Below, piece by piece: positions 25,985 to 39,042 of a stretch of DNA of 64,000 bases. The notes under the pieces were generated by a model that did not search any database, was not told where the DNA came from, and saw only the letters and a list, made by a program, of their open reading frames with translations. Location of the stretch: the NCBI GenBank assembly GCA_043228905.1, contig JBHGNT010000008.1, positions 17,732,001 to 17,796,000 of the forward strand, in the 5' to 3' direction. The position numbers and the translations under genes are program-made. Numbering within the stretch: position 1 is the first letter of the stretch; every line of letters starts with the position of its first letter. Source of the DNA: Azolla caroliniana (Eukaryota > Plantae > Polypodiophyta).

Positions 25985-28457
25985 CCGGTTCTCCACTTTA
26001 GATATCCATTGAGTGAAGACCTCGAGTGCTTCATCTTTGGACTTGATGGAGTATGCCCAAACTTTCTGTGTACAGTCATCTACGAATGTGATGAAGTACC
26101 GGGAGCCTCCTAGTGATCGCTCTGGCATGGGCCCACATATGTATGTGTGCACGAGCTCTAGGGGTTGTCATATTGTCTCGTAGTGGAGAGAGTGCGAACT
26201 TCGGGTCAGTTTCCCATATTGACAATGCTCGCAGAAGTCCGTCTTTGCCTGGAGTTTCGTGATGTAGCTGATCGACATAAGTCGATCAAGTCCGGCTTGT
26301 GACATATGGCCTAGTCGACCATGCCATACGTTTGGGTTGGTCTTTTCGGCTACGTTCACGACCCCTTCAGGGTTGATCGCTATCAATGGGTACAAATTAT
26401 TGTACTTGTACCCACTCCCGACTTTGAGGTTTCCTCGGCTGATCACCCATGTCGACTCGTGTAGAGTCGTTCTATACTCGTCTTCGGCTAACATGCCGAT
26501 GGAGACCAGACTCCTCTTTAGATCGGGCACGTGCCGAACTTGGTGCAGGGTTATTGTGTTGCCATTTGGCAATCTGATGGGAACCTCCCCGGTTCTGACT
26601 ATCTTGCACTCCTGCCCGTTTCCCAATCAGACTGTGCCGTTGGCGTTGGCCGAATAGTTCGAGAACCATTCAATATTGGGGGTCACGTGAAATGTGGCAC
26701 CAGAGTCTAGTAGCCACGTGTGTGCAGCTTATGCATTGTAGAGGACTTCTCTGATCATCAAATCCTCTAGGGAGAGAATTTCTCCGGATCGCGTGTCAGC
26801 AACATTGACCTCGTTGTCGACTCGAGAGTGGTCCGAGTCGGAACGTCCCCGATTCCACTCGGATCGCTGGCCACTCTCTTTTCTCTTTATTTACCAACAG
26901 ATGGAAATATTGTGGCCAACTTTCCTGCAGTGTGTGCAATACTCGCTTGATCGGCCTATTTTCGACTTCGACTGTTGTCGATCTCCCCTCGTTTTCGATC
27001 GGCTGTAGCGTCGATCGGTTTTGTTTGGCTTGTTCTTTTGTTCGACTTTGTTGGTCGAACGACTCGGTCGAGTGATGGGCTTCTACCGACTCATCGATGG
27101 TTAGACCCATCAATTTTCACGAATGTCCTCTATGAGGACTTGGTCGATTGTTTCGTCCAGATTCAGGATCGGTCGGCTATGGCGTATGTCGTGCAGAATA
27201 CCTCCCAACTCGCCGGCAAGCTCGATAGGAGGGCAAGGGCTTTCACTTCTTCTTCAAAGTTGATCCCTTGTGACGAGAGCTCAGAAAACACCTGACTGAA
27301 GGTGTTGATGTGGGAGGTTGCCGAATCGGTCTCTCTCATCGTCATGTTGAACAATTGTTTGATCAAAATCAATTTCGAAGATGAGGACTTCTTTTCATAA
27401 ACTGCCTGTAGCTTCTCCCACAATGAGAACGATGTCGTCTCTTTCGCCATGCTGAAATAGATGTTTTCGGCCAGATGCATTCAGATGGTGGAGCGTGCGA
27501 TTTCGTCCGTTGATCTCCACTCCTCGGTTGTCATTGAAGCAGGTTTTTCGCCATGCCGAATAGCTTCGACTTGTCTTCGAATGATCAACACATCCTGCAT
27601 CATCTCCTTCCACAAGGCAAAGTTTTTGTTGTCGAATTTTCTGATTTCAACTATTGTTCCGGATGTTCAAGCCATATTCTTTTTGTGAACTTGAGATTTC
27701 TGACCTGGACTTTTCTTTCAGGTTCTTCTGATGTTTGTTGCCACCGAACAATAAAGATTTGCTCTGATACCAGTTGTTGATAACACATGGGTTTTGTGGA
27801 AACGTTGTCGAGGTATTCCTCGCGGATGCGTGGAATGAGGCGGGACCTCGGGGATCCTGTACCAAAGAGCAAGAGAGAAAGGAGAAGAGACCCACTACGT
27901 GCGAGAGTAGATTCACAGGGACACGGCCCTTCAACACAAAGACGCGAGTGGGACAACGACATAGAGAGACACGAATGTATGTATGTATTAACAAAGACAA
28001 ACAACAAAACACGAAGTCGGTTACAACCGAACAGGCCGGCGAACAGATGCCGATACCTGTTCGTAAACGCACAGAAAGGAAGGAGTAGGTTGGAGGTGCT
28101 GCCGGAAGCACTCGGGCATTCCTCAGAGCAGCGCGAGCCTCCCGAAACCTGCACAGAAGGAAGCTATGGAGTTTTCGAACCAGAGAGAGAGAGAAGCCTT
28201 CGCACACAAACCGACAGCACTTCGTCCTCGACTATCCGCGATCCCTTCCCCCCTCTCGTCTCCCTCCTTTTATAGGCAAGGAAGGAGCCGTTTCCTATTA
28301 ACTTCCTACCTACCGAATCTACCTACCTAGGATCTTCTATGTCCCTAATTCTCTCCTATGTACAACACAAGGTGTACGTGCATGAAGAGCCAGTTCCTAT
28401 GCTCCGGCACACCGATTCCGCTTGTGGACGATTTTCTTCACGACATCCGCCCCCACC

Positions 28458-31400
28458 TATTAGAGATTAGGTACTAAAGTAAGCATAAAATAAGGATATA
28501 TCAATGATAGATCTAGAAAGAATAGAGAGAAAAGAGAGAAAGAAGGGTGCCAATCCACCCGACCACCCCCGAGCGAAGGGATCGAGACGGACTCGAGCCT
28601 CGATCGGCGTCCCATACCACCGCCTTGGCGTCGAGTCGTACCTGGATGATAGCGCGCTTGCTACAAGAGTCGTTCCACTCACGGACAGAGTCTCGACGTA
28701 GTCAATGCATGCTCCAATGAGGGTAGCTAGGCCTCTTATTTATAGTAATTCTCAAGGCCCCCAGCCATGTTCACACTTGGCCTCATGGGTTGTCTCAATC
28801 CCGAGGATTAAAAGTAATCCTCCCCTTCTTTAGACTCTTTGTTTAACCCTCACACTTATCCACGTGTATAGAATACTACGACAATTCTCACCACGGGATA
28901 TTATATGGTCATGCCCGTAACATACTCCCCCTCTTTAAAACATTGCACTCTTGCAATGGAAAGTTAGGGAAGTTAGTTGTTAGAGTCGTTTCGCGTTCCC
29001 ATGTGGCATCTTTGATTGATTTATCCATCCATTTTATTTTAAATTCTCGGATTTCCTTAGTACGTAATTTTTTTGTTTTAACATCGAGAATTCTTTCTGG
29101 TACAACTGGTTTAGAAGATAAATCTTCAGAAGTAACCAGAGTTTCAGTTGTAACTGTATTGTCGCCAGAACCTAGAAGTTCTTTTAGACGACTTACATGA
29201 AAGACTGGATGGATTCCAACACCATCGGGAAGAGCGAGACGATAGGCTGATGATCCAATGCGTTTGAGGACTGTAAAAGGTCCACAAAACCGTGGGGCTA
29301 ACTTAGCGCACTTACCCGTAGACAATGTCTTAGAATTGTGAGGTACACGTAAAAATACCTTCTGTCCAGGGCTGAATACACGAGGTTGCCTATGATGATC
29401 GGCATAAAAACGCGCTCTATCTTGAGCTGTTTTTATATTATCCCGTGCAATATGCAACATATCTTGCATATCCCGAAGAAAGTTTTGCGTACTTCGCAAC
29501 TCATCATGATGTATATTAACATCAATCGGGGCTCGTGGCTGAAATCCATACATCAACATAAAAGGACTATATCCCGTCGCCGTATGCTTGGAGCTGTTAT
29601 AAGCAAACTCCAAAATTGGGAGGTAACGTTCCCATTTTGTTGGTTTTGCACCAACGTATGCTCGAAGCATGTCCTCAATAATTTGATTTACTCGTTCTGT
29701 CTGTCCATCGGATTGAGGATGATCCGTGGAGCTCATGCTCAACGTAGTTTCTAACTTCTTAAAGACTTGCGTCCAGAAGTCACTAGTAAACTTTGGATCT
29801 CGGTCACTCACGATATCCATCGGTAACCCGTAAAAACGAAATAACTCATCAACGAATTGGTAAGCCAATTCAGGAGCTGTTACCGTGGTTTTAGTAGCAA
29901 TAAATCTGGCCATTTTAGTTAGTCTGTCAACCACAACCCATATGGCATCATGACCTTTTTGGGTGCGAGGAAGGCTAACAATAAAATCCATGGATATACT
30001 TTCCCACTTATTATTGGGAATGTCCAAGGGATGTAAAAGTCCTGCGGCTTTAAGTCGCTCGGCTTTGTTAACCTGACATTGGTGACATTTAGTCACATAG
30101 CTATGTATGTCAGGACGCATCTTAGGCCAATAAAATTGAGTGGAGATGAGAACGAGTGTACGATGTATTCCAGGGTGCCCTGTTGAGGGTGCATCATGGC
30201 ATTCAAAAAGAATTCTCTTTTTGACCTCAGGCAAATCTGGAACACAAACCTTCCCATTACGGTAGAGCAGACCGTTAGCAATGTGGAAGTATTCCTTCGA
30301 GGGTGTGGTGGTGTCTGTTCCAGACTCGACTCTTGCCCAGTATTTTGCAAAATAATTGTCATCAGGATACTTTCCTCGAAGGTGATCATAAAGATCTGAT
30401 GTTATTTCAGTGAAGCTAAGCATGTTAACTTCACGGATGCGACTTAGTGCATCAGCGACAGTATTCATGGAACCTTTACGATATCGTATGGAAAAATCAA
30501 AGTCCTGGATGAGATCAGCCCATCGTGCCTTACGACCTTTCAGGTCTTGTTGGTCACAAAAATATTTCAAGGACTCGTGGTCCGTAGTTACCACAAAGCG
30601 ATTTCCATAAAGATAATGGTGCCATGTTTTGAGCGCATGTATAACCGCAAATAATTCCTTTTCTTGAACGGTATACCGACATTGAGCAGAATCAAGTTTC
30701 TTACTCTCGAATGCTATTGGTTTACCATCTTGATACAAGACAGCACCTATAGCATAATCGCTTGCGTCGGTTTCAACCTCAAAAGGTTTTGAAGGATCGG
30801 GTAAAAGAAGTGAAGGAGCCTTGCATACCAAGTCCTTGAGTTCCTTAAAGGCGAGGTCTAGTGTAACATTCCACACAATAGGTTTTGTAGACTTACGCGT
30901 TTGACCTTTTAGAAGATCAGTAAACGGCGTCGTCAATTGTGAGTAATTACGAAGAGATTTTCGCAAAAATCCGACAAAACCAAGGAATGAGCGAACTTCT
31001 CGAATATTCCGAAGAGTGGGCCAAAGCTTGATTTTCTCGATGCGAGAAGGATCAATTTCAACTCCTCGTTCGGTTATGAGATGTCCAAGATAAGTAATTG
31101 ATTTCTTGAAGAACTCACATTTTGAGATCTTCGCGTAAAATTGTTTGTCACGCAATATTTGTAAAACAAAGCGGACATGTCTAGCATGTTCTTGTAATGT
31201 ACGGCTATAAACTAAAATATCATCTAAGAAGATAACGACAAATTTTCCAAGTTGTTCTCGGAAAATGTCATTCATTTCTTGTTGAAATGTAGCCGGAGCA
31301 TTGGTCAAACCAAAAGGCATAACCAAAAACTCATAATGGCCGTAGCGCGTACGAAATGCTGTTTTAGGAACATCGTCCTCACTTATTCGTATTTGATGGT

Positions 31401-34400
31401 AGCCAGTACGGAGATCAAGTTTCGTAAAATACCGAGCTCCCTGGAGACGGTCAATTAGATCGTCAGCCCGGGGCAATGGGTACGAATTCTTGATCGTCAC
31501 TTTATTCAAGCGTCGGTAATTAATACACATACGCCATGTGCCCTTTTTCTTTTTAACCAAGAGAACTGGTGCACCCCATGGAGATTTACTATAACGTATA
31601 TAACCCATTCGTAAATAGTCCTTAAGTTGCTTAGCTACCTCATCCTCTTCAGATCGACTTAGGCGATACAGAGGTATACTAATGGGTGCAACGCCAGGTA
31701 CAATATCTATACGATGGTCTATATTACGTTTAGGAGGTAAACCATCGGGTAGTTCACTCGGAAAAACATCACGAAAATCGTTTACGATTTCATCAAGTTG
31801 TTTTTGTTCAAAATATGTTAATTGACCCGAGACATTATCGATATTGTAAACGTGAATGTCCGGGTCAAGTACACAATAAAATAACGTAGAACAAGACAAC
31901 TCGGATATTGATGGACACGAGGAAACAATCGAGAGGGATTGTTTTTTTACACATTGAATAAAATGCGTACAATCGTTGAGTACAAAAGAAATGGAATGGC
32001 GAACCCAATCAATAAATAAAGAAGAGCTTTTATTATAAAACCAGGGATAACCCAGTATTACATCGGTGGTACTAAGATTCATTACATGGAAGTCTACTTC
32101 CTCTATATAAGTATCAATAGAAATTCCTAAAGAATGAATCGCCCCGTTGATGTGTTGTACTCTTCCATCAGCCAAGTGCACCGTGTAGGTGTGATCACTT
32201 ACGGCGGGTTGGATTCCCCATATCTGTACCAAACGATCATTCACAAAATTGTGTGAGCTTCCCGAATCAAATAAAAATTGTACGGGAGATCCATTGATAT
32301 ACCCGTTTGCACGTAGTAAATCATTGGGACCCAATACATAATGAGGGAAAGAACATTGACAATTACTCAAATGATGTGTATAGACCTGAAGGACATTAGG
32401 AATCTGACCTTTATGGTCTGTAGCTTTAGGTTTGGCGTCGTGCTCTTTTCGTTGGAGCTTACGACATTGCTCTTTTGTATGACCCTTCTTTTTGCAGAAT
32501 ACGCAAAAAGGATGTTGTCGCTTATAATCGCGATCCATGAATTCGTTGGGTGTCTTGCGTTTCCCAGCGAATTGCGACTGCTTAGTCCCGGGCGCTTCGT
32601 TGGGTTTGTTATGGTCCTTCTTCGAAGTGCGTTGATAGCGAAGAACTATCTCAACGGCCTCTTCGAAGGATTTTGGATCCTTATCGTGCACTATCCAGTG
32701 ATAGTCCGAATTGGGGATGCCATTGACAAAACAAGCTATTAACCAATTGTCCCCTTCTAGACCCGATTTTTGGATTTGGGTTCTAGCATGGTGGACATAG
32801 TCTTCTAGCGAGGAATACTTCCTGCTAGAGAGGTTCATTAAAGCTTGTGCTGCCTCGGTTCGAGAGGGAGGTTGTAGAAATTGACCCTTGAAAACTGTGA
32901 CAAAGTCTGTCCAGGTCTCGGGCAATCTCCCCAAAGTTCGGAGCCCACGCCACCAAGCGGCGGCCTTACCCCCTAGTTCTCGGCCGACATATGCAATCTT
33001 CGTACTATCTGGCGTGGGATAGAGCTCAAAATGAGACTCCCATCGGCCCAGCCACGTGCAGATTGCTTCTTCGGTTCTTTCCTTTTTATCTCCCGTAAAT
33101 GGCTTTACGACAAATGATGGTTCACCCTGACGCTCATCAGGTCTATTAATCTCATTTTGGAGACTAATGACTCGTGCCTCGAGAGCACTTTGAGATTGCC
33201 GAAATTCGGTCAACTGCTGCGCGGTTGAACTAAGGAAATGTTGTACTTGTAAAATATACGCCTCAATGGACATTGTCCCAGGAGGATTTCCTTGAGTTCT
33301 TTCCGCTTGAGCGGAGGGCATCGGGTCGTTATTCTGAGCCATTGAATGATTATTTCTGGCAAAGAAATAAGATAAGGTCAGACAAATAGTCATAACATCT
33401 TGTCGTGGTGTAAACATATCATGGGCAAACATTAATCGATATCATGATCTCACGTCAATACCCCTCTAGACGTATGAGATGAGGTTCAAGATCAGGTTAC
33501 TATGGTAACACAGAGGTGTTTTAAAAACCATGGGGGTGACAAATGAATGCCTTTCCCTGATCTCTATATCGATTTTTTTCATGGCGGCTCCCCGAGGCTC
33601 AACCATGTATGTTCGCGTCATGAATAGTTTATACACGAAAAAAATGTTAACAATAAACTATGTTTCTGTGCCCACGTATGTGGTTTCGGCTCTTTAAGTC
33701 CTATTACGAGGACCCCGAAGTGCACTTAGACCTAAAGTCTAAACATGTATTATAGTCATATGTATCAACGATGTTGTATGGTGTTGGTCATATTTGAACT
33801 CGAGACCTCGAGGACAAATACATTAAACACTTGAGCCAACCAAGTAGATTGCACGTCTTGAATGTTTAATGTTTGAGGCGTATTCGAGATATGCGAGGCA
33901 TTTGCCCCTATATGTTTTTGTTTAAAAGAAACATATAGGTCAAGTGGCCTTATTTCTCCCTCATTTATTACCCACTATGGTTGTACGCTACCTAACCTCA
34001 AGCCTCGTAATTACGATGGCATATGCCAAAGTGTAACCTAATGGTCAAGCCGAATGAGCCCTTGTGTCTTCGTAGGCTCATGTGGCCCATCACATGGTCA
34101 CGTCATTACGAATGCCACTCGTAAGAACGAGCTCATGGTGGCATCGTATCCATGTAACGAGGGGAGATGTTGGATACGTGTGTCATTAGAGCGACCCTAC
34201 TTGATGTGGATCAAGCCCGACGTATTCAACATCATTTTGGCTATACGAGGTTCGTTACGTAACGAAATATCAAAGTGACCAACGGGAATTTCAACAATAA
34301 AAATTGTTGATAAAAGGGATGGTGACAACGCCATTCTCACAAAAATGTGAGGACGGCCACCAAAATCCTCTCCCCAAGTAGGAAAACATTTGATATGAAT

Positions 34401-35473
34401 CACGTAATCTAAAATATACACATATGTCAATATATCACATATATACGATCAGAGACGTATATAAGTGACCACATATGCGTATACTAAATGAATCGTTTTT
34501 TTTATATAGCCAACAATGATGTATTCGGGATACGTAATCGAGGCATATACCTCTACGCACACGAAACATCCGAAAATAAGGTTAAGCGTAATTCGCAATT
34601 GAGGTATTGACCTCTTACGCATACTAAACCCAACGCATATCATTTCGAACGAATCGAGGTATTGACCTCGTACGCGAACGTAACATATGTTCGTGAACGT
34701 AATACGCAATTGAGGTAGTAACCTCGTACGCATACGACACTCATCACATATGATTTATATGTCAAACGATAACCAATTAAATACCACTTCAACATCATTG
34801 AATATATGAAAAAAAAACTACATATTAAGTATACACATGTATAGAAGGGAGAAGAAAAATTAGATAAAAAAAATTAAGGAAAATTTACCGAAGTTCTTTC
34901 GCTAATCCTTGTCTGCATGAAGGCGACCGCACAACGATCAATCGCCATCCCACGCGAAGACAAAAAGAAAACCAAAAGAAACGTTAGTACATATGCTCTG
35001 ATACCAAATATTAGAGATTAGGTACTAAAGTAAGCATAAAATAAGGATATATCAATGATAGATCTAGAAAGAATAGAGAGAAAAGAGAGAAAGAAGGGTG
35101 CCGATCCACCCGACCACCCCCGAGCGAAGGGATCGAGACGGACTCGAGCCTCGATCGGCGTCCCATACCACCACCTTGGCGTTGAGTCGTACCTGGATGA
35201 TAGCGCGCTTGCTACAAGAGTCGTTCCACTCACGGACAGAGTCTCGACGTAGTCAATGCATGCTCCAATGAGGGTAGCTAGGCCTCTTATTTATAGTAAT
35301 TCTCAAGGGCCCCAGCCATGTTCACACTTGGCCTCATGGGTTGTCTCAATCCCGAGGATTAAAAGTAATCCTCCCCTTCTTTAGACTCTTTGTTTAACCC
35401 TCACACTTATCCACGTGTATAGAATACTACGACAATTCTCACCACGGGATATTATATGGTCATGCCCGTAACA
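28458..35473 (-). mobile_element. Chromovirus (Ty3/Gypsy) element C, young and intact; LTRs 28458-28922 and 35009-35473 (465 bp)
   Basis: LTRs differ at about 4 positions by eye. TSD CCACC. PBS-iMet TGGTATCAGAGC at 34995-35006. PPT AGAGGGGGAG next to the 3' LTR. Confidence 0.96.
28909..33342 (-). CDS. Gag-Pol polyprotein with C-terminal chromodomain (element C)
   Basis: Uninterrupted ORF (track 28909..33432; likely start MAQNND at 33342). Contains [30 protein letters not shown] RNase H, integrase [16 protein letters not shown], and chromodomain PERILD..KIKW..ATWE. Confidence 0.95.
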   Translation of the reverse strand: MAQNNDPMPSAQAERTQGNPPGTMSIEAYILQVQHFLSSTAQQLTEFRQSQSALEARVISLQNEINRPDERQGEPSFVVKPFTGDKKERTEEAICTWLGRWESHFELYPTPDSTKIAYVGRELGGKAAAWWRGLRTLGRLPETWTDFVTVFKGQFLQPPSRTEAAQALMNLSSRKYSSLEDYVHHARTQIQKSGLEGDNWLIACFVNGIPNSDYHWIVHDKDPKSFEEAVEIVLRYQRTSKKDHNKPNEAPGTKQSQFAGKRKTPNEFMDRDYKRQHPFCVFCKKKGHTKEQCRKLQRKEHDAKPKATDHKGQIPNVLQVYTHHLSNCQCSFPHYVLGPNDLLRANGYINGSPVQFLFDSGSSHNFVNDRLVQIWGIQPAVSDHTYTVHLADGRVQHINGAIHSLGISIDTYIEEVDFHVMNLSTTDVILGYPWFYNKSSSLFIDWVRHSISFVLNDCTHFIQCVKKQSLSIVSSCPSISELSCSTLFYCVLDPDIHVYNIDNVSGQLTYFEQKQLDEIVNDFRDVFPSELPDGLPPKRNIDHRIDIVPGVAPISIPLYRLSRSEEDEVAKQLKDYLRMGYIRYSKSPWGAPVLLVKKKKGTWRMCINYRRLNKVTIKNSYPLPRADDLIDRLQGARYFTKLDLRTGYHQIRISEDDVPKTAFRTRYGHYEFLVMPFGLTNAPATFQQEMNDIFREQLGKFVVIFLDDILVYSRTLQEHARHVRFVLQILRDKQFYAKISKCEFFKKSITYLGHLITERGVEIDPSRIEKIKLWPTLRNIREVRSFLGFVGFLRKSLRNYSQLTTPFTDLLKGQTRKSTKPIVWNVTLDLAFKELKDLVCKAPSLLLPDPSKPFEVETDASDYAIGAVLYQDGKPIAFESKKLDSAQCRYTVQEKELFAVIHALKTWHHYLYGNRFVVTTDHESLKYFCDQQDLKGRKARWADLIQDFDFSIRYRKGSMNTVADALSRIREVNMLSFTEITSDLYDHLRGKYPDDNYFAKYWARVESGTDTTTPSKEYFHIANGLLYRNGKVCVPDLPEVKKRILFECHDAPSTGHPGIHRTLVLISTQFYWPKMRPDIHSYVTKCHQCQVNKAERLKAAGLLHPLDIPNNKWESISMDFIVSLPRTQKGHDAIWVVVDRLTKMARFIATKTTVTAPELAYQFVDELFRFYGLPMDIVSDRDPKFTSDFWTQVFKKLETTLSMSSTDHPQSDGQTERVNQIIEDMLRAYVGAKPTKWERYLPILEFAYNSSKHTATGYSPFMLMYGFQPRAPIDVNIHHDELRSTQNFLRDMQDMLHIARDNIKTAQDRARFYADHHRQPRVFSPGQKVFLRVPHNSKTLSTGKCAKLAPRFCGPFTVLKRIGSSAYRLALPDGVGIHPVFHVSRLKELLGSGDNTVTTETLVTSEDLSSKPVVPERILDVKTKKLRTKEIREFKIKWMDKSIKDATWERETTLTTNFPNFPLQECNVLKRGSMLRA

Positions 35474-35539
35474 CCACCTAACCGCGCATCCATCGGCATG
35501 CGCCAAATTGAGTTGGGACGGAGAAAACCGGTCCAGCCT

Positions 35540-38500
35540 TTATTCCCCACCCGTCGGTTCTTCTTCGGTTTCGGATCGTTCGTCGTCCCGGTCCAGGTTA
35601 TCCGGATCCGGCTCGTCGTCTTGACGCTTCTTGAACGCTTTGATCCGCTTCCCAGCTACCGGTATCGCCATTCTCGTGCCGTCGAGTTCCGCCAGATGGT
35701 ACGTCCCGTTGTCGTTGGCGCTTTGTACCACGTAAGGCCCGAACCACCTTCTTGCGAACTTCCGTGTCACTCGGTGCTGGTTGTCGAGGCTGTTGTCGTA
35801 GACTAGCACCCAGTCGCCTTCCTCGATCTTCTTCGGTCGGAGCCGGTGCGTCCGGTCGAACCGGGCTTTGTTCCTCGTCCTTGCCACCCGAAGCTTTTCC
35901 GCAGCCTGCTCCACGTCCTCCGGTCTTCGCTCGAGCTACCGTATGCGCGCCGTCAACAGTTCCTCCCGGCTCGTCTCGTCTCTCCAGTCCACGGTTGCCC
36001 ATGAGGAGATCGTACGTTCCATCGGTATGATCAGCTTCTGCCCAAACATGAGCTCTGCCGGCATGAATCCGGTTACCGAACTGTGCGTAGTTCGGTCCGC
36101 CCACAACGCGTAAGGCAACAGCCACGGCCAGTTCCCGACTTGACCTCCGTATGCCCGAACTAACGCCTTGACGATTGGTCCGTGTCCGCGCTCCACCTTT
36201 CCATTCGCCTCCGGATTGTACGCAGTGGTAAGTGAGAGCTTGACTCCTAGCCGTCGAACAGCTCTTCGGTCTCTTCGGCGTCCAACTCCCCGCGATCAGC
36301 CACGATCTTCCCGACGCACCCGTACCGGCATATCACGTCCTCGATCAGGAACCGACATACGGCTGCAGTCGTTTTGTTCTAAAGGGCCCGGCCTTCCACC
36401 TGGTTCGTCAGATCTTCCCGAGCCAGGACCAGATACCGCATCTGTCCTACTCCCATCGGCATCATCACCAGATCTACCATCCATTTGAAGTGGATGGTCG
36501 GAGGGTACGTAGGGTGAAGCTCGTCCTGATGTCGTACTATGGAGTGCATCTGACAGCTCTCGCAAGTTGTCACGAACCGATGCACGTCCCGGTACAGTCC
36601 CGGCCACCAGTACTTCCCCTTTATCTTCTCGAACGTGGCCCACGTTCCATGGTGTCCAGCCCAAGGGCTGTCGTGGTAGGCCGTCAGCAGCTCCTCCTGT
36701 TCTTCCTTCATCGCCACCACCCGGAGCGGGACGCCGTTCCTCTTCTTCGGGTGCTTCCATAAGTATCCGTCCCGGAGAAAGAATCGGTATGCTTTCTTCC
36801 GGATCCGGTTGGTCTCGTTCCTCGTCCATGACGCATCCGGCGTCATGGTCCTTAAGAACCCACCGATCTGTACCCACTCGTCGTCGTACTTGCTCTCGTC
36901 GAAGCCGTTAAGCGCCGGAGTGCTCGTCCCATCGGTCGTCACGTACGCTGCCTCGAAGAAGTCCACGCCGACTTCTTCGTCCTCCGAAACCATGCTGCCC
37001 TCGTCATCAAACCTTGCCCTCGAAAGCATGTCGGCCATGGCGTTGTCCTTTCCGGAAATGTGTCGTATCTCCGGGTCCAGGGACTTGATGTACGCTATCC
37101 ACCTGAGCATCGCCAGGTCCGGTGTCGCGCATCCGGAAACTATGCCGAGAATCGGCAGGCAATCCGTCTCGATAATCGCTTCTGTCCCGATCAGGTAGTC
37201 TTTGTCGGCCTTTACCACCGAAACGATACCCCAGAGTTCGCGTTTAACTTGGGCGTACCCTCGCTGTCGCTCATTGAGGACCTTAGCGCCGAATCGGATC
37301 GGGAACCGGGTGTCATCCTCGTCTTCTTGGTTGACGACCCATCCGATCCCGGTCGGGCTCGTATCCACCGTTATGTATACCGGGGTACCCTTCTCGTAGA
37401 CAGCCTTCCGGAGCGTCGGTGCTGCCGGAAGAGCTTCCTTCAGCTTCCGGACCGACTCCGTGTGCTCGTCTCGCCACTCGAATTTTCGCCCCTTCTTCAG
37501 CAACCCGTATAGTGGCTCCGCAACGTGGGCGTAATGCGGAATCCATATGTGGTAGAACGCGCATGCCCCCAGGAACCTCCGAACTTCCGTAACCGAGCTA
37601 CAGTCGGTCTTCATCGCGGAGATGGCTTCTACCTTTGCCGGAGACGGCTTCCGGCCATATGGTCCACATAGGTGCCCGACCACCAGGATTTCTTATTGCC
37701 CGAAGGCCGATTTCTCCCCGGAGAAGGTGAGCCTCGCATCCTCTAGCCTTTGTAGCACCTTCTCGCAGTCGTCAATGTGTGTTGCCACGAATCGCCGGCA
37801 TCCGTCCGGCCCGAGTGTCTCGACCTTCTCTTCCACCGGGCACCCCTTGATAGGGATGTCGTCTAGAAACGGCATGGTGATGTCCGGGATGCAATCCCTT
37901 AGTACTTTGTTCATTGCATTCACCATGTGGGCCACCGAGTTGGTCCCTCCTTGTGGCAGGGTACACATTCGCACTAGGCCGAGAGGAGTTCGCATCGTCG
38001 TAATGTCTCTGCTCTCCACGACTAGCTGGAACTGGTCGTACCCCGAGTACAGATCACCGACCGATTAAATCGACCTTCCGGCGAAGGCCTCCGTGAACTC
38101 GTCTATGGTCGGTCCGATTCCTGCGTTCCGGATGGTCACTCTGTTGACCGGCTGCAGGTCCTGAATGAAGCGCAATGTTCCGTTTTTCTTTGGCACGGTA
38201 AACCATCGGTTCGAGTATGGCGCGCTCGACGGTTCGAGAATACGCATATCGACTTTCTGCCTCAATAGATCCATCAACTTCGGGATGTGAGCTCTCGGTA
38301 CTGGAATCGGCTTGAGATTCCACGGTACATGCGATACCGTGAATATCACCATCGGCTCCACGATCGTCGGGTCTACGCACCCGATCTCTTCTGGTGAGAA
38401 TGCGAAGGCCTTTCCGTGCCTTCCGAGCATTCTCCGAAACCGGTCTTCCTCCGCCGGCAGTAGGAACCCGCCCCCACCAATCTTGAGCTCCTGGAGCGTC

Positions 38501-39042
38501 CCGTCGGTGAAGGTGTGACCTATGCAGGCCGGATCTCGTAAACTGGGGTTCGACGCAACCCCTCTGATTCGGGACTCGCTGCCCTCCGGTAAGGGTGCCG
38601 CGACTGGCCTTACCTTTCGGTCCACAGTCTTGTACTTTGTGCTAACTCGGGCCATCCGATCCGACTCGAGCCCCTGACTGAAGTCCGCGATGGCTTCGTA
38701 CATCTCTTTGGAACATACCGGTATCGTCCGGTCTTCGTTAAGGTCTTCTCTGGCAACCTTCCTCAGCATCCCCAAGGTGTCGTCGAAGGAGACCGCCTCC
38801 ACGGCCCCGCTGATTTCCTCGTCCGGGCCGAGAACTCCGCACGCTTGAAGTCGCACTTCCGCCCTTGTCTTTTCTCGGCCAACGATGCCGACTATCATAC
38901 ATCCTCCATTGTTGGAGAAGCAAAACTTCCTACCTATCGTACAGGGTTCCTTCGGTTTCAGTTCTATCGTACAATCGTGGGGTCTTTTCCGAGTGTCCGG
39001 GTTGTCTCGGCCCCACGCCTTGGTAGCCCTCTCTAAAAATCC
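35540..39042 (-). pseudogene. Element B pol (RT-RNase H-integrase), with in-frame stops and a late frameshift
   Basis: ORFs 38065..38898, 37693..38019 and 36379..37683 share one frame, which is open upstream to 39042. Integrase C-terminus in 35936..36196 and 35540..35914. Confidence 0.9.

Noticed and set aside
27647-28275. ORFs in B's LTR, including a hydrophobic one that could suggest env
   Set aside because: They are duplicated only because they lie in the LTR. The hydrophobicity comes from CT/GT-rich sequence, and there is no separate ORF between pol and the PPT.
34525-34740. CRISPR-like palindromic repeats with spacers
   Set aside because: Repeats are degenerate and irregularly spaced, lie within a plant retrotransposon leader, and no cas genes are present.
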